A stretch of DNA of 64,000 bases from Hypanus sabinus (Eukaryota). Below the pieces are notes generated by a model. The model saw only the letters and a program-made list of their open reading frames with translations, made no database searches and was not told the origin of the DNA. The DNA is taken from assembly GCF_030144855.1 (NCBI RefSeq), contig NW_026778903.1, positions 434,001 through 498,000 of the forward strand. The letters run 5' to 3'. Made by a program: the position numbers and the translations under genes. This document shows positions 23,432 to 36,402 of the stretch, one piece after another; within the stretch, counting starts at the first letter, position 1, and each line of letters opens with the position of its first letter.

Positions 23432-23791
23432 CTCGTACCAGGAGCACGGTCCCGTTCCCTCGGAGCAGCAGCTGCCGGTCGGGAAGGTGAACGGACGCCA
23501 GACAGCGGTAGGTGTTGGAGTGGCTCGGGCGGAGGTGCCGGAGTTGGAGGGAGAGTCCCGCGCCGATCTCACTCTCAGGTAGGGCGGCTTCCTGCTGGGA
23601 TTCCTTGGGGGGCGGGTAGACGACACGTTCCTCTTCCCCCTCCCCCGTCCCGCCGATCACCCAGTAGGGGTAGATTATCACCCGGGGTTCCGTCAGCCCC
23701 AGAACTTCGCAGTGCAGCGTCACGTTGGAGCCACTCGGGACCTCCAACCTCTGAGGCAACTGGGACACGTGGAGGGTGGCGAGGGAGCTGT
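23432..23791 (-). CDS. Ig V(J)-type exon V3
   Basis: 360 nt, intact; DSSLATLHVSQLPQR. Confidence 0.92.
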
Positions 23792-25440
23792 CTGTAACAC
23801 AGTGAGGGAGAGAGAATGGTGAGGCAGCGTCTGTAACTCAGAAAGGGAGGGAGTGTAGTGAGGTAGCAACGTAACACATGGAGGGTGGGAGAGGGTAGTG
23901 AAGGACTGTCTGTACACAGGAGAGAGGATTGGAGTGCAGAGAGTAAACCTGGAGTGATATCAAACTGTAAGGAAAGAGTTAACATTATTCATTCTTGGTA
24001 TGTGCTAAAATAAAAAAGGAAGTCTGCCAGACAACATGGTGTTAATCCGGAGCGGAACGGATCTGAGAAAGTGGAAGGAGTACAAGTCTCCAGCCTGGAG
24101 AGTAGATCATGATTAATACAAGTTTGCGTCGGGAAGGCGAGGCCTTTGTCCAGGTACCAAATAGAGTTCTGGGGTAAGAGTTATGTTAGAGTTTTAAAGG
24201 GATATTGAAGAGTATTAATACGGGTAAATCTTTGTGTAAATGGGGAGATTTTTCCATCAGACCACGTTATGACCAGTGATAACGGTAAGAGTTGGGGAAG
24301 ATAGCGGTGAGGGAGCGTATGTAACACATGGAAAGAGGTGGAGAGAGTAGATAGGGAGCGACTGTAACACAGGGAGGGAGGGAGAAAGTAATGAAGGACT
24401 GTCTGTACACAGGAGGAGGAATGGAGGGGTAGGATTAAACGTGGAGTTTGATCAAACTGTAATGAAAGAGTTAACATTATTCGTTCTTGGTATGTGCTAA
24501 AATAAAAAAGGAAGTCTGCCAGACAAGATGGTGTTAATCCGGAGCGGAACGGATCTGAGAAAGTGGAAGGAGTACAAGTCTCCAGCCTGGAGAGTAGATC
24601 ATGATTAATACAAGTTTGTGTCGGGTAGGCGAGACCTTTGCCCAGGTACCAAATTGTGACCCATCAGAGAGAGTTCTAGCGTGAGAGTTGTGTTAGAGTT
24701 TTAAAGGATATCGAATGGTGTAACAACGGGTAAATCTTTGTGTCAGTCGGGAGAATTTTCTATCAGACCACGTTACGACCAGTGATAATGATAAGAGTTG
24801 GGGGAGATAGAGACAAGTACGTCCAGTGAGAGAGAGATGAATGTTTGTGGGATCTGTGATTCCTTCCGGCATCTGCAGATCAGCTCGTTCAGTGGATGGG
24901 AAGTGTTTGTTTTTCGCTGACATACTGAATCCTTCGTTTTTCTTCTTGGATTACATGGTTATATAATTCTAATAAAACAATTTATTGTAGTTTAACATGT
25001 GTACACTTGTCCCCTTTGTTTGTCATTACAGACCCGAATGCATATTGCTGAATCAGTAAAGAACACGGAACGAAATTTCAAACAATTATCGTTAGGCAAA
25101 TACAGACCAAATTCGGGCAAACTCTGCCTTACCCTCCCACTGCTGCCCAGGTCCTTCCACCCATTCAACCCGTGTCCATGACATTTCCCTTCCCTGCCCT
25201 CCACAGGCGTCCCCTCCTCCCTCTCTCCCACCGCGATTCTCCAGCTCCCTCATGCCTTCAGACTTGCACAAATCATCCAAAGATACATAGATGTACTGCC
25301 CATGATCCGGTTAGAGACTGGGATCTAACCCAGCAAGTCAGGAAAATTATATATATTAAAACTGAACAGGATATTGTTTTGGATCCCCGTAGGCAATCGG
25401 GAATCGGCGGGGATTAAGGGCAGTGGGACCTGAGACTCAC

Positions 25441-25800
25441 CTCGTACCAGGAGCACGGTCCCGTTCCCTCGGAGCAGCAGCTGCCGGTCGGGAAGGTGAA
25501 CGGACGCCAGGCAGCGGTAGGTGTTGGAGTGGCTCGGACGGAGGTGCCGGAGTTGGAGGGAGAGTCCCGCGCCGATCTCACTCTCAGGTAGGGCGGCTTC
25601 CTGCTGGGATTCCTTGGGGGGCGGGTAGACGACACGTTCCTCTTCCCCCTCCCCCGTCCCGCCGATCACCCAGTAGGGGTAGATTATCACCCGGGGTTCC
25701 GTCAGCCCCAGAACTTCGCAGTGCAGCGTCACGTTGGAGCCACTCGGGACCTCCAACCTCCGAGGCCACTGGGACACGTGGAGGGTGGCGAGGGAGCTGT
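25441..25800 (-). CDS. Ig V(J)-type exon V4
   Basis: 360 nt, intact; DSSLATLHVSQWPRR. Confidence 0.92.
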
Positions 25801-26955
25801 CTGTAACACAGTGAGGGAGGGAGAATGGTGAGGCAGCGTCTGTATCTCAGAGAGGGAGGGAGTGTAGTGAGGTAGCGTCGTAACACATGGAGTGTGGGAG
25901 AGGGTAGTGAAGGACTGTCAGTACACAGGAGTGAGGATAGGAGTGCAGAGAGTAAACGCGTAGTGATATCAAACTGTAAGGAAAGAGTTAAACATTATTC
26001 GTTCTTGGTATGTGCTAAAATGAAAAAGGAATTCTGTCAGACAACATGGTGTTAACCCGGAGTGGAACTGATTTGAGAAGGTTGAATGAGTACAAGTCTC
26101 CAGCCTGGAGAGTAGATCATGCTGAATTCAAGTTTGTGTCGGGAAGGCGAGGCCTTTGTCCAGGCACCAAATAGCGTTCTGGGGTACGAGTTATGTTCGA
26201 GTTTTAAAGGGATATTGAAGGGTATTAATACGGGTAAATCTTTGTGTAAATGGGGATATTTTTCTATCAGACCACGTTACGACCAGTGATAATGATAAGA
26301 GTTGGCGGAGATAGAGACAAGTTCATTCAGCGAGAGAGAGATGGAAGTTTGTGGGATCTGTGATTCCTTCCGGCATCTGCAGATCAGCTCGTTCAGTGGA
26401 TGGGAAGTGTTTGTTTTTCGCTGACATCCTGAACCCTTCGTTTTTCTTCTTGCATTACATGGTTATATAATTCTAATAAAACAATTTATTGTAGTTTAAC
26501 ATGTGTACAGTTGTCCCCTTTGTTTGTCATTACAGACCCGAATGCATATTGCTGAATCAGTAAAGAACACGGAACGAAATTTCAAACAATTATCGTTAGG
26601 CAAAAACAGCCCAAAATCGGGCAAACTCTGCCTAACCCTCCCACTTCTGCCCATGTCCTTCCACCCATTCAACCCGTGTCCATGACATTTCCCTTCCCTG
26701 CCCTCCACAGGCGTCCCCTCCTCCCTCTCTCCCACCGCGATTCTCCAGCTCCCTCATCCCCTCAGACTTGCACAATTCATCGAAAGATACACAGATGTAC
26801 TGCCCATGATCCGGTTAGAGACTGGGATCTAACCCAGCAAGTCAGGAAAATTATATATATTAAAGCGGAACAGGATATTGGATTGGATCCCAGTAGGCAA
26901 TCGGGAATCCGCGGGCAGCCAGTGGGGATTAAGGGCAGTAGGACCGGAGACTCAC

Positions 26956-27315
26956 CTCGTACCAGGAGCACGGTCCCGTTCCCTTGGAGCAGCAGCTGCC
27001 GGTCGGGAAGGTGAACGGACGCCAGACAGCGGTAGGTGTTGGAGTGGCTCGGGCGGAGGTGCCGGAGTTGGAGGGAGAGTCCCGCGCCGATCTCACTCTC
27101 AGGTAGGGCGGCTTCCTGCTGGGATTCCTTGGGCGGCGGGTAGACGACACGTTCCTCTTCCCCCTCCCCCGTCCCGCCGATCACCCAGTAGGGGTAGATT
27201 ATCACCCGGGGTTCCGTCAGCCCCAGAACTTCGCAGTGCAGCGTCACGTTGGAGCCACTCGGGACCTCCAACCTCTGAGGCAACTGGGACACGTAGAGGG
27301 TGGCGACGGAGCTGT
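26956..27315 (-). CDS. Ig V(J)-type exon V5
   Basis: 360 nt, intact; DSSVATLYVSQLPQR and LLLQGNGT. Confidence 0.92.
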
Positions 27316-28494
27316 CTGTAACATAGTGAGGGAGGGAGAATGGTGAATGAGCGCCTGTAACACATGAAGCGAGGTAGTGAGGGTGCGTCTGTAACACAGG
27401 GAGCGAAGGACAGTGTTAGTGAAGGACTGTCTGTACACAGGAAAGAGGAATGGAGGGGCAGAGATGAAACGTTATGTGATATCAAATTGTAAGGCAAGAA
27501 TTAAACACGATTCGTCCTATGGTATGTGCTAAAATAAAAAGGAAGTCTGCCAGACAACATGGTGTTAACCCGGAGTGGAACTGATTTGAGAAAGTGGATT
27601 AAGTACAAGTCTCCAGCATGGAGCGTAGATCATGATTAATAAATGTTTGTGTCGGGAAGGCGAGGACTTTGTCCAGGTCACAAATAGTGACCCCTCAGGG
27701 AGAGTTCTGGGGTAACGGTTATGTTAGAGCTTTAAATGGATATTGAAAGGTATAAATACGGGTAAATCTTTGAGAAAGTCGGGAGAATTTTCCACCAGAC
27801 CACGTTACGACCAGTAATAATGCTAAGAGTTGGGGCAAATAGAGACAAGTACGTCGAGTGAGAGAGAGAAAGAGAGGGAGATGGAAGTTTGTGGGATCTG
27901 TGATTCCTTCCCGCATCTGCAGATCAGCTCGATCAGTGGACGCGAAGTGTTTGTTTTTCGCGACATCCTTAACCCTTGGTTTTCCTTTTTATATTGCATG
28001 GTTATACAACACAAATAAAACAATTTGTTGTAGTTAAAAACGTGTACAGTTGTCCCCTTTGTTTGTCAATACAGACCCGAATGCCTATTGCTGAATCAGT
28101 AAAGAACACGGAACGAACTTTCAAACAATTATCGTCAGGCAAACACAGCTCAAAATCGGGCAAACTCTGCCAAACCCTCCCACTTCTGCCCATGTCCTTC
28201 CACCCATTCAACCCGTGTCCATGACATTTCCCTTCACTGCCCTCCACAGGCGTCCCCTCCTCCCTCTCTCCCACCGCGATTCTCCAGCTCCCTCATCCCC
28301 TCAGACTTGCACAATTCATCGAAAGATACACAGATGTACTGCCCATGATCCGGTTAGAGACTGGGATCTAACCCAGCAAGTCAGGAAAATTATATATATT
28401 AAAGCGGAACAGGATATTGGATTGGATCCCAGTAGGCAATCGGGAATCCGCGGGCAGCTAGTGGGGATTAAGGGCAGTGGGACCGGAGACTCAC

Positions 28495-28854
28495 CTCGTA
28501 CCAGGAGCACGGTCCCGTTCCCTCGGAGCCGCAGCTGCCGGTCGGGAAGGTGAACAGACGCCAGACAGCGGTAGGTGTTGGAGTGGCTCGGGCGGAGGTG
28601 CCGGAGTTGGAGGGAGAGTCCCGCGCCGATCTCACTCTCAGGTAGGGCGGCTTCCTGCTGGGATTCCTTGGGGGGCGGGTAGACGACACGTTCCTCTTCC
28701 CCCTCCCCCGTCCCGCCGATCACCCAGTAGGGGTAGATTATCACCCGGGGATCCGTCAGCCCCAGAACTTCGCAGTGCAGCGTCACGTTGGAGCCACTCG
28801 GGACCTCCAACCTCTGAGGCAACTGGGACACGTAGAGGGTGGCGAGGGAGCTGT
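28495..28854 (-). CDS. Ig V(J)-type exon V6
   Basis: 360 nt, intact; LTDPRV and RQLRLRGNGT variants. Confidence 0.92.
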
Positions 28855-29989
28855 CTGTAACACAGTGAGGGAGAGAGAATGGTGAGGCAGCGTCTGTATC
28901 TCAGAGAGGGAGGGAGTGTAGTGAGGTAGCAACGTAACACATGGAGGGTGGGAGAGGGTAGTGAAGGACTGTCTGTACACAGGAGAGAGGATTGGAGTGC
29001 AGAGAGTAAACATGGAGTGATATCAAACTGTAAGGAAAGAGTTAACATTATTCGTTCTTGGTATGTGCTAAAATAAAAAAGGAAGTCTGCCAGACAACAT
29101 GGTGTTAATCCGGAGCGGAACGGATCTGAGAAAGTGGAAGGAGTACAAGTCTCCAGCCTGGAGAGTAGATCATGATTAATACAAGTTTGTGTCGGGAAGG
29201 CGAGGCCTTTGTCCAGGTACCAAATTGTGACCCATCAGAGAGAGTTCTAGCGTGAGAGTTGTGTTAGAATTTTAAAGGATATCGAATGGTGTAAGTACGG
29301 GTAAATCTTTGTGTCAGTCGGGAGAATTTTCTATCAGACCACGTTACGACCAGTGATAATGATAAGAGTTGGGGGAGATAGAGACAAGTACGTCCAGTGA
29401 GAGAGAGAGATGAAAGTTTGTGGGATCTGTGATTCCTTCCGGCATCTGCAGATCAGCTCGTTCAGTGGATGGGAAGTGTTTGTTTTTCGCTGACATCCTG
29501 AACCCTTCGTTTTTCTTCTTGCATTACATGGTTATATAATTCTAATAAAACAATTTATTGTAGTTTAACATGTGTACAGTTGTCCCCTTTGTTTGTCATT
29601 ACAGACCCGAATGCCTATTGCTGAATCAGTAAAGAACACGGAACGAAATTTCAAACAATTATCGTTAGGCAAATACAGACCAAATTCGGGCAAACTCTGC
29701 CTTACCCTCCCACTTCTCCCCATGTCCTTCCACCCATTCAACCCGTGTCCATGACATTTCCCTTCCCTGCCCTCCACAGGCGCGATTCTCCAGCTCCCTC
29801 ATGCCTTCAGACTTGCACAAATCATCCAAAGATACATAGATGTACTGCCCATGATCCGGTTAGAGACTGGGATCTAACCCAGCAAGTCAGGAAAATTATA
29901 TATATTAAAACTGAACAGGATATTGTTTTGGATCCCCGTAGGCAATCGGGAATCGGCGGGGATTAAGGGCAGTGGGACCTGAGACTCAC

Positions 29990-30349
29990 CTCGTACCAGG
30001 AGCACGGTCCCGTTCCCTCGGAGCAGCAGCTGCCGGTCGGGAAGGTGAACGGACGCCAGGCAGCGGTAGGTGTTGGAGTGGCTCGGGCGGAGGTGCCGGA
30101 GTTGGAGGGAGAGTCCCGCGCCGATCTCACTCTCAGGTAGGGCGGCTTCCTGCTGGGATTCCTTGGGGGGCGGGTAGACGACACGTTCCTCTTCCCCCTC
30201 CCCCGTCCCGCCGATCACCCAGTAGGGGTAGATTATCACCCGGGGTTCCGTCAGCCCCAGAACTTCGCAGTGCAGCGTCACGTTGGAGCCACTCGGGACC
30301 TCCAACCTCTGAGGCAACTGGGACACGTGGAGGGTGGCGAGGGAGCTGT
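29990..30349 (-). CDS. Ig V(J)-type exon V7
   Basis: 360 nt, intact frame and splice sites. Confidence 0.92.
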
Positions 30350-31504
30350 CTGTAACACAGTGAGGGAGGGAGAATGGTGAGGCAGCGTCTATATCTCAGA
30401 GAGGGAGGGAGTGTAGTGAGGTAGCGTCGTAACACATGGAGTGTGGGAGAGGGTAGTGAAGGACTGTCAGTACACAGGAGTGAGGATAGGAGTGCAGAGA
30501 GTAAACGCGGAGTGATATCAAACTGTAAGGAAATAGTTAAACATTATTCGTTCTTGGTATGTGCTAAAATAAAAAAGGAATTCTGTCAGACAACATGGTG
30601 TTAACCCGGAGTGGAACTGATTTGAGAAGGTTGAATGAGTACCAGTCTCCAGCCTGGAGAGTAGATCATGCTGAATTCAAGTTTGTGTCGGGAAGGCGAG
30701 GCCTTTGTCCAGGCACCAAATAGCGTTCTGGGGTACGAGTTATGTTCGAGTTTTAAAGGGATATTGAAGGGTATTAATACGGGTAAATCTTTGTGTAAAT
30801 GGGGATATTTTTCTATCAGACCACGTTACGACCAGTGATAATGATAAGAGTTGGCGGAGATAGAGACAAGTTCATTCAGCGAGAGAGAGATGGAAGTTTG
30901 TGGGATCTGTGATTCCTTCCGGCATCTGCAGATCAGCTCGTTCAGTGGATGGGAAGTGTTTGTTTTTCGCTGACATCCTGAACCCTTCGTTTTTCTTCTT
31001 GCATTACATGGTTATATAATTCTAATAAAACAATTTATTGTAGTTTAACATGTGTACAGTTGTCCCCTTTGTTTGTCATTACAGACCCGAATGCATATTG
31101 CTGAATCAGTAAAGAACACGGAACGAAATTTCAAACAATTATCGTTAGGCAAAAACAGCCCAAAATCGGGCAAACTCTGCCTAACCCTCCCACTTCTGCC
31201 CATGTCCTTCCACCCATTCAACCCGTGTCCATGACATTTCCCTTCCCTGCCCTCCACAGGCGTCCCCTCCTCCCTGTCTCCCACCGCGATTCTCCAGCTC
31301 CCTCATCCCCTCAGACTTGCACAATTCATCGAAAGATACACAGATGTACTGCCCATGATCCGGTTAGAGACTGGGATCTAACCCAGCAAGTCAGGAAAAT
31401 TATATATATTAAAGCGGAACAGGATATTGGATTGGATCCCCGTAGGCAATCGGGAATCCGCGGGCAGCCAGTGGGGATTAAGGGCAGTGGGACCGGAGAC
31501 TCAC

Positions 31505-31864
31505 CTCGTACCAGGAGCACGGTCCCGTTCCCTCGGAGCAGCAGCTGCCGGTCGGGAAGGTGAACGGACGCCAGGCAGCGGTAGGTGTTGGAGTGGCTCG
31601 GGCGGAGGTGCCGGAGTTGGAGGGAGAGTCCCGCGCCGATCTCACTCTCAGGTAGGGAGGCTTCCTGCTGGGATTCCTTGGGCGGCGGGTAGACGACACG
31701 TTCCTCTTCCCCCTCCCCCGTCCCGCCGATCACCCAGTAGGGGTAGATTATCACCCGGGGTTCCGTCAGCCCCAGAACTTCGCAGTGCAGCGTCACGTTG
31801 GAGCCACTCGGGACCTCCAACCTCTGAGGCAACTGGGACACGTGGAGGGTGGCGAGGGAGCTGT
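31505..31864 (-). CDS. Ig V(J)-type exon V8
   Basis: 360 nt, intact; QQEASLPE variant. Confidence 0.92.
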
Positions 31865-33008
31865 CTGTAACACAGTGAGGGAGGGAGAATGGTGAGGCAG
31901 CGTCTGTATCTCAGAGAGGGAGGGAGTGTAGTGAGGTAGCGTCGTAACACATGGAGTGTGGGAGAGGGTAGTGAAGGACTGTCAGTACACAGGAGTGAGG
32001 ATAGGAGTGCAGAGAGTAAACGCGGAGTGATATCAAACTGTAAGGAAATAGTTAAACATTATTCGTTCTTGGTATGTGCTAAAATAAAAAAGGAATTCTG
32101 TCAGAGAACATGGTGTTAACCCGGAGTGGAACTGATTTGAGAAGGTTGAATGAGTACCAGTCTCCAGCCTGGAGAGTAGATCATGCTGAATTCAAGTTTG
32201 TGTCGGGAAGGCGAGGCCTTTGTCCAGGCACCAAATAGCGTTCTGGGGTACGAGTTATGTTAGAGTTTTAAAGGGATATTGAAGGGTATTAATACGGGTA
32301 AATCTTTGTGTAAATGGGGATATTTTTCTATCAGACCACGTTACGACCAGTGATAATGATAAGAGTTGGCGGAGATAGAGACAAGTTCATTCAGCGAGAG
32401 AGAGATGGAAGTTTGTGGGATCTGTGATTCCTTCCGGCATCTGCAGATCAGCTCGTTCAGTGGATGGGAAGTGTTTGATTTTCGCTGACATCCTGAACCC
32501 TCCGTTTTTCTTCTTGCATTACATGGTTATATAATTCTAATAAAACAATTTATTGTAGTTTAACGAGTGTACAGTTGTCCCCTTTGTTTGTCAATGCAGA
32601 TCCGAATGCTTATTGCTGAATCAGTAAAGAACACGGAACGAAATTTCAAATAATTATCGTTAGGCAAACACAGCCCAAAATCGGGCAAACTCTGCCTTAC
32701 CCTCCCACTTCTGCCCATGTCCTTCCACCCATTCAACCCGTGTCCATGACATTTCCCTTCCCTGCCCTCCACAGGCGTCCCCACCTCCCTCTCTCCCACC
32801 GCGATTCTCCAGCTCCCTCATCCCCTCAGACTTGCACAATTCATCGAAAGATACACAGATGTACTGCCCATGATCCGGTTAGAGACTGGGATCTAACCCA
32901 GCAAGTCAGGAAAATTATATATATTAAAGCGGAACAGGATATTGGATTGGATCCCAGTAGGCAATCGGGAATCCGCGGGGATTAAGGGCAGTAGGACCGG
33001 AGACTCAC

Positions 33009-33368
33009 CTCGTACCAGGAGCACGGTCCCGTTCCCTCGGAGCAGCAGCTGCCGGTCGGGAAGGTGAACAGACGCCAGACAGCGGTAGGTGTTGGAGTGG
33101 CTCGGGCGGAGGTGCCGGAGTTGGAGGGAGAGTCCCGCGCCGATCTCACTCTCAGGTAGGGCGGCTTCCTGCTGGGATTCCTTGGGCGGCGGGTAGACGA
33201 CACGTTCCTCTTCCCCCTCCCCCGTCCCGCCGATCACCCAGTAGGGGTAGATTATCACCCGGGGTTCCGTCAGCCCCAGAACTTCGCAGTGCAGCGTCAC
33301 GTTGGAGCCACTCGGGACCTCCAACCTCTGAGGCCACTGGGACACGTAGAGGGTGCCGAGGGAGCTGT
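33009..33368 (-). CDS. Ig V(J)-type exon V9
   Basis: 360 nt, intact; DSSLGTLYVSQWPQR. Confidence 0.92.
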
Positions 33369-34523
33369 CTGTAACACAGTGAGGGAGGGAGAATGGTGAG
33401 GCAGCGTCTGTATCTCAGAGAGGGAGGGAGTGTAGTGAGGTAGCGTCGTAACACATGGAGTGTGGGAGAGGGTAGTGAAGGACTGTCAGTACACAGGAGT
33501 GAGGATAGGAGTGCAGAGAGTAAACGCGGAGTGATATCAAACTGTAAGGAAATAGTTAAACATTATTCGTTCTTGGTATGTGCTAAAATAAAAAAGGAAT
33601 TCTGTCAGACAACATGGTGTTAACCCGGAGTGGAACTGATTTGAGAAGGTTGAATGAGTACCAGTCTCCAGCCTGGAGAGTAGATCATGCTGAATTCAAG
33701 TTTGTGTCGGGAAGGCGAGGCCTTTGTCCAGGCACCAAATAGCGTTCTGGGGTACGAGTTATGTTAGAGTTTTAAAGGGATATTGAAGGGTATTAATACG
33801 GGTAAATCTTTGTGTAAATGGGGATATTTTTCTATCAGACCACGTTACGACCAGTGATAATGATAAGAGTTGGCGGAGATAGAGACAAGTTCATTCAGCG
33901 AGAGAGAGATGGAAGTTTGTGGGATCTGTGATTCCTTCCGGCATCTGCAGATCAGCTCGTTCAGTGGATGGGAAGTGTTTGTTTTTCGCTGACATCCTGA
34001 ACCCTTCGTTTTTCTTCTTGCATTACATGGTTATATAATTCTAATAAAACAATTTATTGTAGTTTAACGAGTGTACATTTGTCCCCTTTGTTTGTCAATG
34101 CAGATCCGAATGCTTATTGCTGAATCAGTAAAGAACACGGAACGAAATTTCAAATAATTATCGTTAGGCAAACACAGCCCAAAATCGGGCAAACTCCGCC
34201 TTACCCTCCCACTTCTGCCCATGTCCTTCCACCCATTCAACCCGTGTCCATGACATTTCCCTTCCCTGCCCTCCACAGGCGTCCCCTCCGCCCTCTCTCC
34301 CACCGCGATTCTCCAGCTCCCTCATCCCCTCAGACTTGCACAATTCATCGAAAGATACACAGATGTACTGCCCATGATCCGGTTAGAGACTGGGATCTAA
34401 CCCAGCAAGTCAGGAAAATTATATATATTAAAGCGGAACAGGATATTGGATTGGATCCCAGTAGGCAATCGGGAATCCGCGGGCAGCTAGTGGGGATTAA
34501 GGGCAGTGGGACCGGAGACTCAC

Positions 34524-34883
34524 CTCGTACCAGGAGCACGGTCCCGTTCCCTCGGAGCAGCAGCTGCCGGTCGGGAAGGTGAACGGACGCCAGACAGCGG
34601 TAGGTGTTGGAGTGGCTCGGGCGGAGGTGCCGGAGTTGGAGGGAGAGTCCCGCGCCGATCTCACTCTCAGGTAGGGCGGCTTCCTGCTGGGATTCCTTGG
34701 GCGGCGGGTAGACGACACGTTCCTCTTCCCCCTCCCCCGTCCCGCCGATCACCCAGTAGGGGTAGATTATCACCCGGGGTTCCGTCAGCCCCAGAACTTC
34801 GCAGTGTAGCGTCACGTTGGAGCCACTCGGGACCTCCAACCTCTGAGGCAACTGGGACACGTGGAGGGTGGCGAGGGAGCTGT
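34524..34883 (-). CDS. Ig V(J)-type exon V10
   Basis: 360 nt, intact frame and splice sites. Confidence 0.92.
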
Positions 34884-36042
34884 CTGTAACACAGTGAGGG
34901 AGGGAGAATGGTGAGGCAGCGTCTGTATCTCAGAGAGGGAGGGAGTGTAGTGAGGTAGCGACGTAACACATGGAGGGTGGGAGAGGGTAGTGAAGGACTG
35001 TCTGTACACAGGAGAGAGGATTGGAGTGCCGAGAGTAAACGTGGAGTGATATCAAACTGTAAGGAAAGAGTTAACATTATTCGTTCTTGGTATGTGCTAA
35101 AATAAAGAAGGAAGTTCTCCAGACAACATGGTGTTAATCCGGAGTGGAACGGATTTGAGAAAGTGGAATGAGTACAAGTCTCCAGCCTGGAGAGTAGATT
35201 ATGATTAATACAAGTTTGCGTCGGGAAGGCGAGGACTTTGCCCAGGTACCAAATTGTGACCCATCAGAGAGAGTTCTAGCGTGAGAGTTGTGTTAGAATT
35301 TTAAAGGATATCGAATGGTGTAAGTACGGGTAAATCTTTGTGTCAGTCGGGAGAATTTTCTATCAGACCACCTTACGACCAGTGATAATGATAAGAGTTG
35401 GGGGAGATAGAGACAAGTCCGTCCAGTGAGAGAGAGAGATGAATGTTTGTGGGATCTGTGATTCCTTCCGGCATCTGCAGATCAGCTCGTTCAGTGGAAG
35501 GGGAGTCTTTGCTTTTCGCTGACATCCGTAACCCTTCGTTTTTCTTCTTGCATTGCATGGATATATAATTCTAATAAAACAATTTATTGGAGTTTAACGT
35601 GTGTACAGTTGTCCCCTTTGTTTGTCAATGCAGATCCGAATGCTTATTGCTGAATCAGTAAAGAACACGGAACGAAATTTCAAATAATTATCGTTAGGCA
35701 AATACAGACCAAATTCGGGCAAACTCTGCCTTACCCTCCCACTTCTCCCCATGTCCTTCCACCCATTCAACCCGTGTCCATGACATTTCCCTTCCCTGCC
35801 CTCCACAGGCGTCCCCTCCTCCCTCTCTCCCACCGCGATTCTCCAGCTCCCTCATGCCTTCAGACTTGCACAAATCATCCAAAGATACATAGATGTACTG
35901 CCCATGATCCGGTTAGAGACTGGGATCTAACCCAGCAAGTCAGGAAAATTATATATATTAAAACTGAACAGGATATTGTTTTGGATCCCCGTAGGCAATC
36001 GGGAATCGGCGGGGATTAAGGGCAGTGGGACCGGAGACTCAC

Positions 36043-36402
36043 CTCGTACCAGGAGCACGGTCCCGTTCCCTCGGAGCAGCAGCCGCCGGTCGGGAAGGTG
36101 AACGGACGCCAGACAGCGGTAGGTGTTGGAGTGGCTCGGGCGGAGGTGCCGGAGTTGGAGGGAGAGTCCCGCGCCGATCTCACTCTCAGCTAGGGCGGCT
36201 TCCTGCTGGGATTCCTTGGGGGGCGGGTAGACGACACGTTCCTCTTCCCCCTCCCCCGTCCCGCCGATCACCCAGTAGGGGTAGATTATCATCCGGGGTT
36301 CCGTCAGCCCCAGAACTTCGCAGTGCAGAGTCACGTTGGAGCCACTCGGGACCTCCAACCTCTGAGGCCACTGGGACACGTAGAGGGTGGCCAGGGAGCT
36401 GT
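36043..36402 (-). CDS. Ig V(J)-type exon V11
   Basis: 360 nt, intact; PRMII, AALAESE and DRRLLLR variants. Confidence 0.92.

Noticed and set aside
25807-25813. CACAGTG (RSS heptamer) just upstream of most V-exon acceptors, suggesting V(D)J-type rearrangement
   Set aside because: No ACAAAAACC-like nonamer at 12 or 23 bp. The motif is 5' of the V exon within the reverse-complement polypyrimidine tract, and each V already has a J-like strand and its own splice donor.
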